A stretch of 64,000 nucleotides of DNA from Zygnema circumcarinatum SAG 698-1b (taxonomy: Eukaryota; Plantae; Zygnematophyceae): NCBI GenBank assembly GCA_037447605.1, contig CM074806.1:3100001-3164000 (forward strand), in the 5' to 3' direction. The notes beneath the pieces were generated by a model. The model was not told the origin of the DNA and did not search any database. It saw only the letters and a list, made by a program, of their open reading frames with translations. How positions within the stretch are numbered: the stretch's first letter is position 1; each line of letters begins with the position of its first letter. The position numbers and the translations under genes were made by a program. Of this stretch, positions 47,601 through 60,700 are shown piece by piece.

Positions 47601-50425
47601 GCAGTCTCCAGAAACATCGCAGGCAAGTGCTCATAGTACAGCCAGAATACTTCTAAGGTTTTGCTACCTCACTCCTTCGCACAAATACGAGTTTGGTTGG
47701 TCCATCAGAAATCACCAATTTTCGAAATTCTATGGGCAGGCCCAAATAAGGATGCATCAAAACTCTTCAGCATCACCTTCCTACCCAAAATTCTTGTCTC
47801 CAAAGCTTGCAAACTTACATACCCGGCAAGATGCAAAGTTTTCCCACAGAAAGTATTGCTCGTGGCACTTCAAAAGTGGCAACAAAGGCAAAAGACCTCT
47901 GAGGAGAAGTACTAAGGGGAACATTTCAAATCATTCATAATCACACTGATACATGTGTACAGTTTCTGTCGCCATAGTTCACGGAGGATAGGTTTGTATG
48001 AGATGAATCAGGCATGCCAAATGTGGGAAATAGCATCTCTGACATTGTAGTTTGAGGATTCTTACCTGTGGGAGAGGCAAAACTCCAATGACGTCTGCAA
48101 TGAACCATCCTCGCAAATAGTTCGTCCTTATTTCTTTCAAGGTTTTGATCCATTGCCCTGCGCTTGGAGATGGCTCATTTTTTGACGACCACGGAAGGAG
48201 CTGCCTTGGTGCAGTAGGTTCCTTGTACGCTAAACGGAACTGCCACAACGCACCCCTGCACACATCATATCAGCAATTTCATCGACTCCTTTGAATTTGG
48301 GGAGCTTCAGCTGAATCTGCTCACTTCACAGGGCACGAATTGGAAACCGTACTGCGAAATGATTTAAGAAATCAAGCTCGCAAAATTGAACATACTCTTG
48401 CAACACAGTGCCCTACAGCCCGATCGAGGGCATTCAGATTGCCTTACGAACTACCACTCCCCGGAATGGTTTGTCGGCAATACATGGGAATGGCAAGATG
48501 AAGTCACCTACGAAACGTTTATGCCACTTTGATTTGACAGGGTACAAACTGCAGCAAACCTTCTCTCAACCGACTGAAGCGCACCTGCAGAGCGATGTGC
48601 ACCGCATAGCAGAGGTCGGTGAGCGTTCGCAGCGCCGTCAATGTCCAAACGTATCTCCAATTGACATGCATGCAGAAGAACGTCTGGCATATTCGCCCAG
48701 ACATATTGACCGAATTAGCCAATATAGAAGAATAAGCTGCTGCTGGAACAGACAATACTCAGACAGCCCGACAGATGAGCTAGTGCTGGAAAGCAGGGAG
48801 GAGAGGAAAGAAAAATAGGGAATTGAAAGTGAGGGAGAGGATGCAATAGCAAAAGCACACCCTACTCAAAAGTCACAGAACTTAAACAAATTATAGTCAG
48901 TGCTTGAAAAGGCAATGCAAGCATGAGGAAGTTAAGCACACTCTGAATAGGACATAATCCATGGAAGGCCATGCAAAAACAATAACGAAATTCACAATAT
49001 TATGGATTGTTAATGTCTCTAATATCTCACAAAATTCATTTTTTTCATATATTTTAAGAAACCTGATACTATGTCCAGAAATAGCAGACCTCACACCTTG
49101 TTAACACCAACAACGAAAAAATAGAGGGGGTCTATTGCGCAAGCGATGAACATGGAGACAGTGAATATTTGCATCCACTTTTTTAAGAGTATATTGGAGG
49201 GTTCCAAAACAGTTGTAGGATTTTTGAACTCTTTCCAAGTTTCCATCGCCAGCTGCCAATATTTCTGTATCGTCTGCAACCCCAACTCGATAAGAAATTA
49301 GTTGGCATATCCTTAAGCTGGAAACACATGAATTTCTTCATAGCGAGAACGTAAACGTGTCAGAAAACCAGCGCCAAGGGTTGGAAAGTGCAAGCCCTGG
49401 CCGAATATGCTGGAAATGCTATTTCTGGCGCGCTTGATACGTATTTTTAGAATGGGAAAAGGGTCAATTGTTTGTTTTCGTCTGAGCAATATCTAAACTT
49501 TTCAAAAAACTACTCTCTGTTGTGTTTGATGGAGAGCTAAACCATTCATTTCAACTCTAGTGTCATAGCCTAAAGTTTAATTGCTAGTGTACTGCATACA
49601 CGAATTTACATGGTGTTAAGAATTCGTAGGTACACTCACACCGGAAATTGTTTCATTCAAGCAGATTTATGAATATTACTACAGCTGGTGCTTTGGTTTG
49701 CATTGATTCGTCCGCAAAGGTTCGCATAGTCTGAAGTTAATTAAATTTTGAAGGCAGAAAAAGTAAATCACCTTTACGAGAAGGTGGTGCTTGAGTTTCA
49801 TTGAATTGGAACTCTCAGAGTTTTCATCATCCTGCTCATCAATCAACTCGAGGTCCCTCCACAGTTGAGCGGATGCAATGGAACTTGTTCGTTTGGCTTC
49901 AATGGCTCCTTTGCGCTGACGAAGCTCACTTTCCTGTCCTTGTCCAGAGAGCTCAGAATTGTCGTCTTGCTTCTGTGAAGGAACTTGGCTTTCTCCCCGA
50001 CTACTCTCCTTTCCTGACGCCGAATCTGAAGAAAGACTCGAAGTGCCTTGAACGTGATCATCCTGACTTCTTTCTAAACTATTTGAACGCGAACTTGACA
50101 AAGCATCCGGGCGCCCAAGCTGTAATAAGCTGCTGGGCTTGACCTGACCAGGGCGGACGATAAAGGGAGGAATGGTAGGTTTAGGTTTAGGTTTAGCTTC
50201 AGCTTCACTTCGAGAGCTGGCAGGGGCCTGCCGCCCGTTTCTCACTGGATATGGGCGCGGCGATGGTCCATTGGATGCATTTGGCCTGTCAAGTTTTATA
50301 TGTATCCCCCGCGCCATGCTCGGATGAACAGGGGACCTTCCAACCGCTACATCCCCTTCTTCCTCGTCATCGTCATCGACGGCGGGCGGTCTCCAGGGGC
50401 TGTCGTATGCGCGAGGAAGCGGCAT
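44615..50425 (-). CDS. CNGC: Cyclic nucleotide-gated cation channel (6 TM + pore, C-linker, CNBD, IQ motif)
   Basis: Minus-strand exons give MPLPRAYD.. (long disordered N-terminus), IACAIDPLYFF, LRTLTDLCYAVHIALQ|FRLAY, WFIADVIGVLPLPQ, LLQYIPRI, ASHVVGAIWY, KYFYSLQWGFT|AISTLGGG, LFAVLIGNIQNFLQSL, WMARRNLP, GVDE, RRHLCLDLIRK, LFSAMDE, GDFFGEELL, SERTIVC..VEFFTLEAEDL and AATTIQLWYR. Stop at 44615-44617. Confidence 0.9.
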
Positions 50426-50761
50426 GCTGCTCAGTTGAAGGAACACAACACTCAGAGAAAAATCTTCGTGCAATGCGAGGAACTCCAACGCGAGCAGGGC
50501 GCAGGGAGGGAGTCGCGAGAGCGGAGGGAGGAAGGGAGGAAGGGAAGGAGGGGGATGGAGGGAGAGAGGGAGGGAAAGAGAGGGAGGGAAGGAGGCGGAG
50601 GCGGAGGGGCGCGAGCGGGTAGGTCCCTGTAGCCGCGTGAGCAGGCCGTACATGCCGTACAGGCGTGATCGAGCTGGTCAACGGCGGGCGGCCGGCAGAA
50701 AAGTCGCGGAAGGGAGCGATGTGCGTACCGGCGGTTATACCGTACGGTACAAATGGATAGG

Positions 50762-52605
50762 GGAAAATTCTATTCTCACACCTTTTTTGTCTACACACAG
50801 ACCTTTTTTCACTGGGCAGATTTTAAAATAGGCAAAAAAGGAACACACCTTTTCACACCTTTTAATTTTGTGACCTTTTTTTTTTTCACCTTTTTTTTCA
50901 CACCTTTTTGGATCGGGGTCGGGCATATTTTACCTCTTCTTGTTTTATTAAGATAAAAAAATATCGGCCTGCCCGAATCCGCTCGGAGCGGAAGATCCGC
51001 CCGCGAGATCGTTCGTGGGTGGCCGTCCTCTACACGTGTCAAAAATCTTCGCCGTCGATTCTCGAACAGTTCGCACCACGGCAGGTTACCGTTCGATCAG
51101 CATCCGGGCTCGGTCCCAGCGAATGGCACACGCCCACGTGTTGCAACCAAGGTGGCTCAAAGGTCCGTACAAAATTCGTACGGACGTAGCTTCGAGGTCA
51201 CCATCTGCCGCGTGCTCATTTTATGACGTGTCAAACTGTGATTGGTACAGACTTTTCCTCGAAGCTGCGGGCGTACGACATTTGTACGGACCATTGAGCC
51301 GGCTTGGGTGGGACACGTGGGCATTTTTCATTCGCTGGGACCGAGCTCGGATCGGTGCTGATCGAACGGTGACCTGCCGTGGTGCGATCTGTTTGAGAAT
51401 CGACGGCGAAGATTCTTGACACGTGTAGAGGACGGCCACCCACGAACGATCTCGCGGGCGGATCTTCCGCTCCGAGCGGATTCGGGAAGGCCGATATTTT
51501 TTGGGTAGTGATATTTCCACCCCTTTTTTGGATCCAAACACCCCTTCCCGGCCGGGCAGATTTCAAAAAGGATTAAAAACGGAAAATGCTTTTTTCACAC
51601 CTTTTTGGAATCGATACCCACCCTCCATCGGCAGATTTTTTTTTTGCGAAACAAGGAAAATGATAACCCGTCACCCCATTTTGAATATCCCGCCTACCTG
51701 AATTTTTTTCCACGCGTGCGGTCATCGCAGCCGTCGATTCCCTAGCAGATCGCAACACGGCAGATCACCATTTGATCTGCAGCCGGGCTCGGTCACAGCG
51801 AATGGCACGTGCCCACGTATCCCGCCAAAGTCGTCTCAAAAGTATGTCCGTACAAATGTCGTACGGTCGCAACTTGAGGAACCCAGAATTTCGTACATTG
51901 AGACCTTAAACCAATCAAAAATTTCCACGTCAATCATGAAACACGTGGCAGATTTTTATTGGCTGGGAACTAACAATGACGAGATCTCGGGCCGAGGGAC
52001 GCGCGCACTCGTACGTGCGATCCGGCTTTGACGGGACTCGTGGGCGCTTTCCATTCGCTAAGATCGAGCCCGGCTGCAGATCGAACGGTGACCTGCCGTG
52101 GTGCGATCTGCGAGGGAATCGACAGATGCGATTGTCACGCACGTCCGCTTCGAGCGGATTCGGGCAGGCAGATATTTCTTTCCCTCAAAAAAAAAATTCA
52201 GGGAGGCGGGATGCAGTATTCAAAATGCAGTGACGGGGTATCATTTTCCTTGGTTAGCAAAAATAAAATCAGCCGACGGAAGAAGGTGGGTATCGATTCC
52301 AAAAAGGTGTTAAAAAAGCATTTTCCGTTTTTAATCCCTTTGGAAATCTGCCCGGCCGGGAAGGGGTGTTTGGATCCAAAAAAGGGGTGGAAATATCACT
52401 ACCCTATTTTTTCCTCTGAAAATAAAAGATAAGGGGTAAAATCTGCATCTGTATGTATCGATTCCAACAAGGTGTGAAAAAAAGGTGAAAAAAAAAAAGG
52501 TGTGAAAAGGTGTGAAAGGTGTGTTCCTTTTTTGTCTATTTTAAAATCTGCCCGTCGAAAGGAGGTCTGTGTGTAGACAAAAAAGGTGTGAGAATAGAAT
52601 TTTCC
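50762..52605. mobile_element. Mutator-like (MULE) non-autonomous foldback element
   Basis: Perfect 9-bp TSD ATGGATAGG at 50753-50761 and 52606-52614. Long TIR starting GGAAAATTCTATTCTCACACC. Internal arms 50960-51145 and 51310-51500 are also inverted. No transposase ORF. Confidence 0.85.
51503..52404. mobile_element. Nested long-TIR element related to its host
   Basis: TIR GGGTAGTGATATTTCCACCCC...GGGGTGGAAATATCACTACCC with arms of about 190 bp. 8-bp TSD TATTTTTT at 51495-51502 and 52405-52412. Shares the GCCGTCGATT..GGGCTCGGTC..GCGAATGG core with the host. Confidence 0.75.
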
Positions 52606-53664
52606 ATGGATAGGATGCCGTACAGTGAGTGCGCCTACCGTCCTCACGAATGCGCTTGGCAAGGCGGCCTGGGAAGGACTAGGCGCACTCCCAAGGAGGG
52701 GGATTTTTTACAGGCCAAATCGTCTGCAGCCAATGAGGGGGCGTCTAAAGATCTCACTGACTGGAATCTGGCGACACGTCGGACGCGGACGCGCTAGAAT
52801 TCAGCGGCAGTCATCTCTGGACGTGCCCCGTTGGCCGCACGAGATTTGGCCCGTGAAATCCTCCTTTTCGGGGGTGCGCCTAGAGAGAGTCTAGAGAGTG
52901 GACTTGTGGAGTGGGTCAGCATTGATCTCACGCCGCCGTCCAATGGAAATGATATGGGCAGAGCGTGGGGAGGGGATGCTCGTCTGCCGTCCGTCCATCC
53001 AAGGAACACAGTAAGCGGAAGAGGATGGCATTGATCTCCGAGGGAAGGAAAACTTGGAAACAACGTGGCGCATGTCAAGGGGAAGGGATGAGATTCATGG
53101 ACAATGACAATGTGTAGAGCCAATGCGAACCGGCTACAATGACCTCCAGACGAAACGAAACCTGTGACCGGAATTCTTCTCCTAGGCCAGACAACAACAA
53201 CAACACACGGCTCTAGGAGCAACCCCGAATGGTCAATCGTGGTGACGACCTAATCATGGAGGGTCATGAGAAATGGTCATTGGTCATGACATGGCCCCGG
53301 TCATGAAATTCGATTTCCCAAGACCTCCACCTTCACTGTATGGCACTTGGGTTGCGTTGGGCCTTTTCGAGTCCCTGTGCTGACCACATGACTTCAAGAT
53401 GGTTGCATGCACAAGAGCATCTGAGAATAAAGTCATCCCAGGTGTATACCTTCTCTGCAATTCACTTCGCTACAAGTTTCATTCTCCACAAGCGATTGAA
53501 GGGCCAAGCCTTCATTATAGTACAAGTGGGAGCATGAATCTAAGGCCTATTTTACAGCGTACCTACAGGATAAAGACTAATCAACACAAAGTATGTACCA
53601 AGAATATAACTAGTTTCAAGACCACCTCCGCTAAAATCCAGCATGCTCATCGCCAGATGATGAC

Positions 53665-55095
53665 TCATGTTTTAAATGACTCTCCGCATCCACATTGGCC
53701 TTTCGAATTGGGATTGATAAAGATAAACTCTGACCTGCTTCCCACCCAACAGAGCACACCAACGCTCAGTGCATGAGCAGGAAACTAGAAAATTCTCTTG
53801 CCAGCTAAAAACAAACATGTCAGATGCAACCCTGAACCATTTTGAATGCGGGCTGTAGTTACCGCTTGTTCCACTATGCCAAGAAAGCATTCTTGAGTTA
53901 ACAAGGCAGCGAGATTCATCGACATTACAGTTACACCTCCCTGTTAGTAAGTCGGTTCACAATGTGTGCACCTTAATCTGTCTTCTACGAAGTCCATCTT
54001 GGTTCCTATCAAGTGCATCAGCGCGCGTGGATCAATGATGACCTTCACTCCCTTGTCTTCCACCACTTCGTCAAACTTTGCTTTTCCATCTGGTTCAAAC
54101 AATAAGGTGGGCATCTGCATGAGTCGTTTTTTACGCACAAAGTTGTTCTTCAATCATGAAAGAACATACAGAATAAGTCACAAACCCTAGCTCAACCCTT
54201 CTCATCGAAAGGTCTAATGTGTGACCAAAGGTACTAAATGGAATGGAGTTTAGAGGAGTACACGGAATTCATTCAAGACAACACGAAAGTGTCACAGATG
54301 CTAGCTTGTGCAGCACAAAGATGTCAAACTGAAAGTAGAAAGAGATGAAGATCTACGCATGTGTGCGCAAGAGGGTGACACAGGTGCTTTCTCTCAAAGG
54401 TTCAGAACTACAGAATTTTTTTAACCTTTATTCTGATGCTTCCCTAATTGTACTGACGCTTCCAGAATATCTGGCAAGAAAACTGAAGTCACAGAAAATT
54501 TTCCTGTTCTCTTTCTCTTTCTGCCAAGAGCCTCCAACTATAGCCTGCTTGCACAAGCCACGGATGCAGACACAGTTCACTGTCGCATCCTCTTTGGCCA
54601 GCAACCGGGCGTCCTCAACCCGATCTGGGAAAACTGAGAATGCTCTATCCACAACTCACAACCTCAGTTTGACCATCTCGCAACCCCTCCTGATGTTCCC
54701 TTTCCGCTTTCACTATGTTAGCCTGACCCGTATCTCATTTTACGGTGAGTTTATTTTTCCCATCTAATACATCCTTATTATTCAAACATTGGAGGAAACG
54801 AACATAAAACGTGCAGGAAAATAGCCATTCAATAGGTTTAGACTACAATCTGCCTTCTGTAGTCAAATTAAACGCTACTTTTACTAGTGATTCAAGGTAT
54901 GTTTTGAAGCCACTTACCCGCATAATTAAGTGTATAGCTGAGACCATTGCATCCACGCGTCTTCACACCCAGTTTCAAATACTCTTTTCCTCGTCTTTCC
55001 AGCAGTGACTTTATCCGTCTAGCGGCTTCATCTGTAAGTTCTAACACCTGCTTCGCTGCAGGCCTTCCAGCTGCTTTTGCAAGCGCAGCCGCCAT
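53665..55095 (-). CDS. ISCA1: Mitochondrial A-type iron-sulfur cluster carrier
   Basis: Exons 55095-54918, 54089-53972 and 53734-53665. Sequence includes KQVLELTDEAA, LGVKTRGCNGLSYTLNYA, DPRALMHLIGTKMDFVED and SEFIFINPNSKGQCGCGESF, with all three conserved Cys present. Confidence 0.95.
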
Positions 55096-55350
55096 GGTTT
55101 CTCCTTCTCCACACCCTCCACTGACACAACAAGGGGGAAGATTTCTGGTCCTTCTCAACTCCGGAAAAAGAGAAATAAACTTCGCTACTTATTTCCTGCC
55201 CTTCAACCTTAGAAGAACTGCCCGTTCCTGCAACCCATAACCCTAAAATCGTTCCCCTGTCCTCCTCTTGCTCCTCCGCCACCTGCCTTCGCTCCCATAC
55301 GGTACTGTTACTGTGTGGAGGGTGATTAGAGTGTCTGCGGAATTTCCTCG

Positions 55351-55430
55351 AAACTGTAGCAGAACTGTAGCAGAACTCTTGCAGAATTGTATCAGAACTG
55401 TAGCATAGATGTAGCATAACTGTAGCAGTA
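55351..55430. repeat. Degenerate 11-bp tandem repeat (AACTGTAGCAG)
   Basis: About 6-7 imperfect copies upstream of ISCA1. Confidence 0.6.
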
Positions 55431-56202
55431 CCACAGGGCACTGACTGAACGGTTGCCGCTATGTGTGGACAGTTCGCGCGCGGGTGCGGCGGAACGGGGG
55501 ACAGTGCGTAGATGGGAGCTGGCAGTTGGGCGAAACGGCGATCACCTGTTCTGCAAGGCCGCCGTTGCAGGGAACGGGGCAAGGCGACAAGCGTCACAGC
55601 ATTTGCGGCCTCTCACATGCAGGCGATGGCGGCTATTCTTGGGCTGTAGTGAACAGTTTTCTATGGATCAGAGGGCAGCTTGACTCTAAGGGAGGTTCTT
55701 CATAGCCCCTTGGCTATAGAACCCTTGACCATAACATCAATTGAGAAGTGGAGTTGTGTGAAGAACATCTGTTGATCATGGTTTGCAAATGTTTGATGAT
55801 GTATTGACGATGCAATGCCTGATGGCTTGATGATGATGCTTCGAGTATCCTTTGTATGAATGTGTGAGGTTGCAGAGAAATGTAGTGAAATCCACGCTTT
55901 GGAGAGGGAGAACATAGACCGAGAGTGAGTCATTTATGATTACACGCAGTCAAAGCAATAGTCTAACGGAACTGGGAACTGAACAGAACCAGAGACAAGG
56001 GCACCCAGATCAATCTTTTATCAATAGATATCAAGAACCACGAGGAACTGGTCGCAAAGGACCTCAGAACAAAAGAAAAAGGGTTGGTTTAGGGTCTTCT
56101 TTTTCTGTTTAGGGCTGTCGGGTTTTCCGTACCGTACCTCAATGAACACATATTCGTACGTACAAATACAAACATATTCGTACAATGCACGATAGACACG
56201 TA

Positions 56203-57386
56203 CAGTAGGACCCCATCATATTTTCCACCTCAACATTTGCGTCACCAATAAATTCGCACCAATTTTGCCGAAACCACTTTTTTGTACGGTAACTTCGTGT
56301 TAGCCGTACAATTCGTACAATTCGTACAATTCGTACAATTCGTACTAACCGTACAATTCGTACAATTCGTACTAACCGTACTAGCCGTACTAGCCGTCAC
56401 GGGCTTACGCAAAACTCACCAATTCTCCCCGCAAGTGCCGCCGTCAGAGGCGCTCGCTCTTCTCCCCTTCTTCTTGGATTCGATACGATACGGTACGGTA
56501 CGATACAATACGAAAATCCCCGATAGGGTACTATCCGTACGTAGCCGTACGAGCTGTAGTACAGTAGGACCCCATCATATTTTCCACCTGGGTTTCGCGA
56601 AAATCCGGCGAAAATATTGTTTTTGGCAAATATCAGGTCTGTGTTACCAATAGACGGGCGGTATTACGTTAGAGTTTATGTACATTCATACGTATCGTAT
56701 CGTATCGCTCGCTGATATATCGTATCGCACCGTACCGTATCGTATCGTGGCAACTGACACTATGGTGGCCTCTTGCGGCGGCAAGGGCGGGAAAATTCGG
56801 AGAGTTTAAATTCGAGCCCGTAACGGCTACTACAGCTCGTACGGCTAGTACGGATAGTACCGTATCGGGGAGTTTCGAATTGTATCGTACCGTATCGTAT
56901 CGTATCGAAGCCAAGAAGAAGGGGAGAAGTGCGAGCGCCTCTGACGGCGGCACGTGCGGGGAGAATTGGTGAGTTTTGCGTAAGCCCGTGACGGCTAGTA
57001 CAGCTAATACGGATTGTACGGATTGTACGGATTGTAGGAAAAAGTGGTTTCGGCAAAATTGGTGCGAATTTATTGATGACGCAAATGTTGAGGTGGAAAA
57101 TATGATGGGGTCCTACTGTAGCCGTTCCGGGCTCGACTTTAAACTCTCCGAATTTTCCCGCCCTTGCCGCCGCAAGAGGCCACCATAGTGTCAGTTGCCA
57201 CGATACGATACGGTACGGTGCGATACGATATATCAGCGAGCGATACGATACGATACGTACGAACGTACATAAACTCTAACGTAATACCGCCCGTCTATTG
57301 GTAACACAGACCTGATATTTGCCAAAAACAATATTTTCGCCGGATTTTCGCGAAACCCAGGTGGAAAATATGATGGGGTCCTACTG
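56203..57386. mobile_element. Tc1/mariner-type MITE inserted in an inverted copy of itself
   Basis: Inner copy 56562-57118 is flanked by TA (56560-61 and 57119-20). The outer copy 56203-56561 plus 57121-57386 is the reverse complement and is also TA-flanked. TIR CAGTAGGACCCCATCATATTTTCCACCT. Confidence 0.85.
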
Positions 57387-57560
57387 TACAGTATTCATAC
57401 ACGTATCCAACATATTCGTACATTCCATAATTTCACATATTCGTACGGTACCCTCTCAAACATTTTCCGTACGGACGGCGTCCTTTCACTCGTGCCCGAA
57501 AGCGCCAAAATCTGGATCCCGCTCCGTCCGGATTGGCTCGCTTCCATGTCCGCTGTGCTC

Positions 57561-57719
57561 GCCACGTGGCGCTTCCCTCTTCTGCCACGTGGCGTAGCCT
57601 CGTTTGACATCCCCTCCTCGCGACACGTGTCAGTCGTAGATTGCATGTTACGCACGTGCAATCGACGGCTCTCGCCAGCCCCATCCAGCAGCCTAGGTCG
57701 ATGTTGGTGCCACGTGGCA
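57561..57719. promoter_or_regulatory. Cluster of five CACGTG G-boxes upstream of the TruA-like gene
   Basis: GCCACGTGGC at 57561, 57584 and 57709, GACACGTGTC at 57622, and GCACGTGC at 57652. Confidence 0.6.
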
Positions 57720-57785
57720 CCTTCCGCAGAGCCGACTGGCTCCAGCTGTCCCCAGAGGCCCTCCCCGAGGTGCGGAGAAGCAGCC

Positions 57786-60700
57786 ATGGCGGACACCGGG
57801 GGGGTGGGGGGCACAGGGGGAGGGTTAGGGTTAGGGCATGGCGGGGGGCTGCCCTTTCAAGTGTACGTGGATGAGAGGGGGAGGGAGAAGCTACGCCTCA
57901 CGGACGCCCTGGCTGCCCGGCGCTGGTCCACGAGGCAAGCTTCTCATGGGCCTGGCTTTTAGGGTTTGCACAGGGCAGTTCCCGTCTTTTAATACCATGG
58001 CTCGTTCGTTCAGGATTTCCCACATGGCAAGTCCTGAATTAATGCCATGGCTCTGCCTTTAGGGTTTGCACATAGCAGTCCCTTTCTAATGCCGTGGCTT
58101 TGGATTTTAGGGTTTCCATTTGAGAAATCCCTCTTTCATGGCATTGCTTTGGTTTGTAGGATTCGCGAGATTAGGATTTGGCAAGTACTTCTGGCTCTGG
58201 GTTCAGGGTTTGCACATGGTCTGCATGCAATCTAGCATACATGAGGGATGGGACTGGGGGGGAGGGCGTGCTGCACTCTACTTACCGTGTTGAACAAACA
58301 CACATTTATAATGTGACAATTCTGCATCCGTATAGGCATTGACAAAAAAATCAGAGTCGGGAATTCCTTCAATTAATTAAATGCCCGGTAGAGATGACAG
58401 TGCTAATTGTTCAACTGGGTGATTCCCTTAGTTTTGGTTGAACTATACGGTTTGTTGAGTTTGAATTCACTTCAATGGCGTGCACAATATTGATTGTTTG
58501 GCGTTTCAATCAGTAATGAAGAGTGATTTTTTAGATCTTTTTTCTCCGTCCTGGCATTCATTACGGGTTACATTTTTTATTTTTGAATGTTAAAGTAATT
58601 TGCTGTCTACATGATGATGGTGGCCTTCACCTGCTCGACTTTTGGCGCAGTGAGCCGTACGAGTGCTATACACTGCTATAATGCTTGTTCTTCTTAGAAA
58701 CTCGGCATGCATGCGTCCATTTCCCTGTGCTCACACTTACTCAAAATGTAAACTTGTTGTCAACCCCTTACCCAATTTTCACCTTTCGTATGTTTCTTGC
58801 ACTATTCATGAATTTGAAGTTTGATATGTGTGCGTTCCTTTTCTTTTTAACGTACAACGTCACACGAAAGACCATATTCGAGTTTAGGGCTTTTCCCTTC
58901 ATCCTATCTAATGTAAAATCACTAATTTACCATACTCCGAGCTCGAGGTTGTACGTTATTCATTTTGTACTACAGTTCTGAGGAGTGACTATAGGATTTT
59001 TCTTGGCTTTGATGAGTGAGAGTAGTGAGAACGGATGAGCCGAGTCCTTCGTCCTTTGCTTCTTCAATCTCTACCACCACTTTCTTTTGCAGCACTTGAT
59101 TCAAGGCTATGATTTTAATATTTAGAGACTGATGATCTTTGTCGGTCGTCTGAGGGAAGGTCTAGCGGTTTGCATGAGCATTGTATGGTAGTGATAGGAT
59201 GTAAGTTCGCTGCTCTGAAAAGTGGATACTTTTATGTCTTCCATATACTTTTTCTTCTTGTACGCCTGTTTGATCAGTCGGGGAGGCTTGACTTTTCTTA
59301 GTCCTCCCTTTCAATCTGGTCCGTTGAACCCATGCTAATTTGTTTTCTGACTTGTAGACTTCGTTACAACTCCCTCTCTTTCTTGATTATCCCTCGCAAT
59401 CATGCAGGCTCTGTGTTGAAGCCCTTGAGGACCGGCCCTGGGAAGCAGTGGATCGCTTCTATGTTGATATGGCTGCCGGACACGTGTCACTGCGTGATTT
59501 TAAGGTTGAGCAGCCGATCTCAAGCTACTCATTGAATGAGGATATCACTGGAAGATATCAGACTTTGCCACCTCTTTCCGAGTCAAGCAATGAGCAGCTT
59601 CGGCCCACAAAAGTATTTGCACCTTCCAAGAGCTGCAAGGAAGGGCAGGGAGATGTTTCCATCCGAACTTCAGTTTTGCCACACCCACAGGCTCATCATG
59701 AAAATTTGTCAGAGAGAGAGGAGATTGCGAGCTTAATGTGCTGCGAAGATGAGGAAGTGACGGCAAGTTTGCAGGAGAGGGGAAGCCATGGGGAAGGGAG
59801 CCATGACGCAGAAAAGGAGGAAAGGCCGAGCAGGAAGCGAGGTACTCCTAGAGGCGGTAAATGGGATCGGGTCACTTATAAGTTGGAGATTGCATATGAT
59901 GGCTCTGCTTTTGCTGGATGGCAGATGCAGCCGGGTCTCTGCACAGTGCAGGGGTGAATCACCTGACCTGTTCTCACATTAGTGCTTGGACTGAAACACT
60001 GCAAAACTCACCATGGGAGTGAATGCCTATTTGAAGCAATTTTTCAAAATTTTACCTTTGGTTTCACAGAGGAAATGATGTGGCCATGTGTGCGGCCAAA
60101 TCCTTAGAGGCTTGCAACTGCTGAAGGATTGAATGATTTTCTAGCCAACCCCAGTATGCAAAACAAATGGCATTAACTTGAAATGGAGAGAAGTATTGCG
60201 AGTAGGCTTTGGCAGGGATGCAGTGCGCCACTCGTTTCAAAAAAAAATCTATAAGACTTTTCACGAAACGATGTATCCACGAAGTCCAACATTTCTGAAT
60301 CAAATCTGGAATTCATGATTCTGTTTAATGCAGGACCTTGCAGGTGGCCTTGGGACCATTTTCTGAGACCAAAAATGACTTGAAGGTAGGAGGCTTTGAG
60401 GAAGAGCAAGTTACTGCTGTGGTTGTGGCGGGACGGACCGATAAAGGCGTGCATGCAGCAGGGCAGGTTTGCTCTTTTTGTAAGTGGGCCCCTGCAGCTG
60501 ACGATTTCACGTGTTGGTAAGTAGGAGTTGCATTCACAGCTCAAACAGAGCCAAGTCGCATTGGCAGTTACTGTGATAGTTATTAGGGTTTTTGTTCCTT
60601 TGACTGTGTGTTGTTCCTAACCTTTTCTACGGCTCGTTCCCGTGGAACAGACACATGGAAGAAAGGCATCGCTCTTGAGGATATAAAGACTGCTGTCGAT

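Noticed and set aside
57826-57837. TTAGGGTTAGGG as a telomere remnant
   Set aside because: Only two units, and they lie inside the Gly-rich first coding exon (GLGLG).
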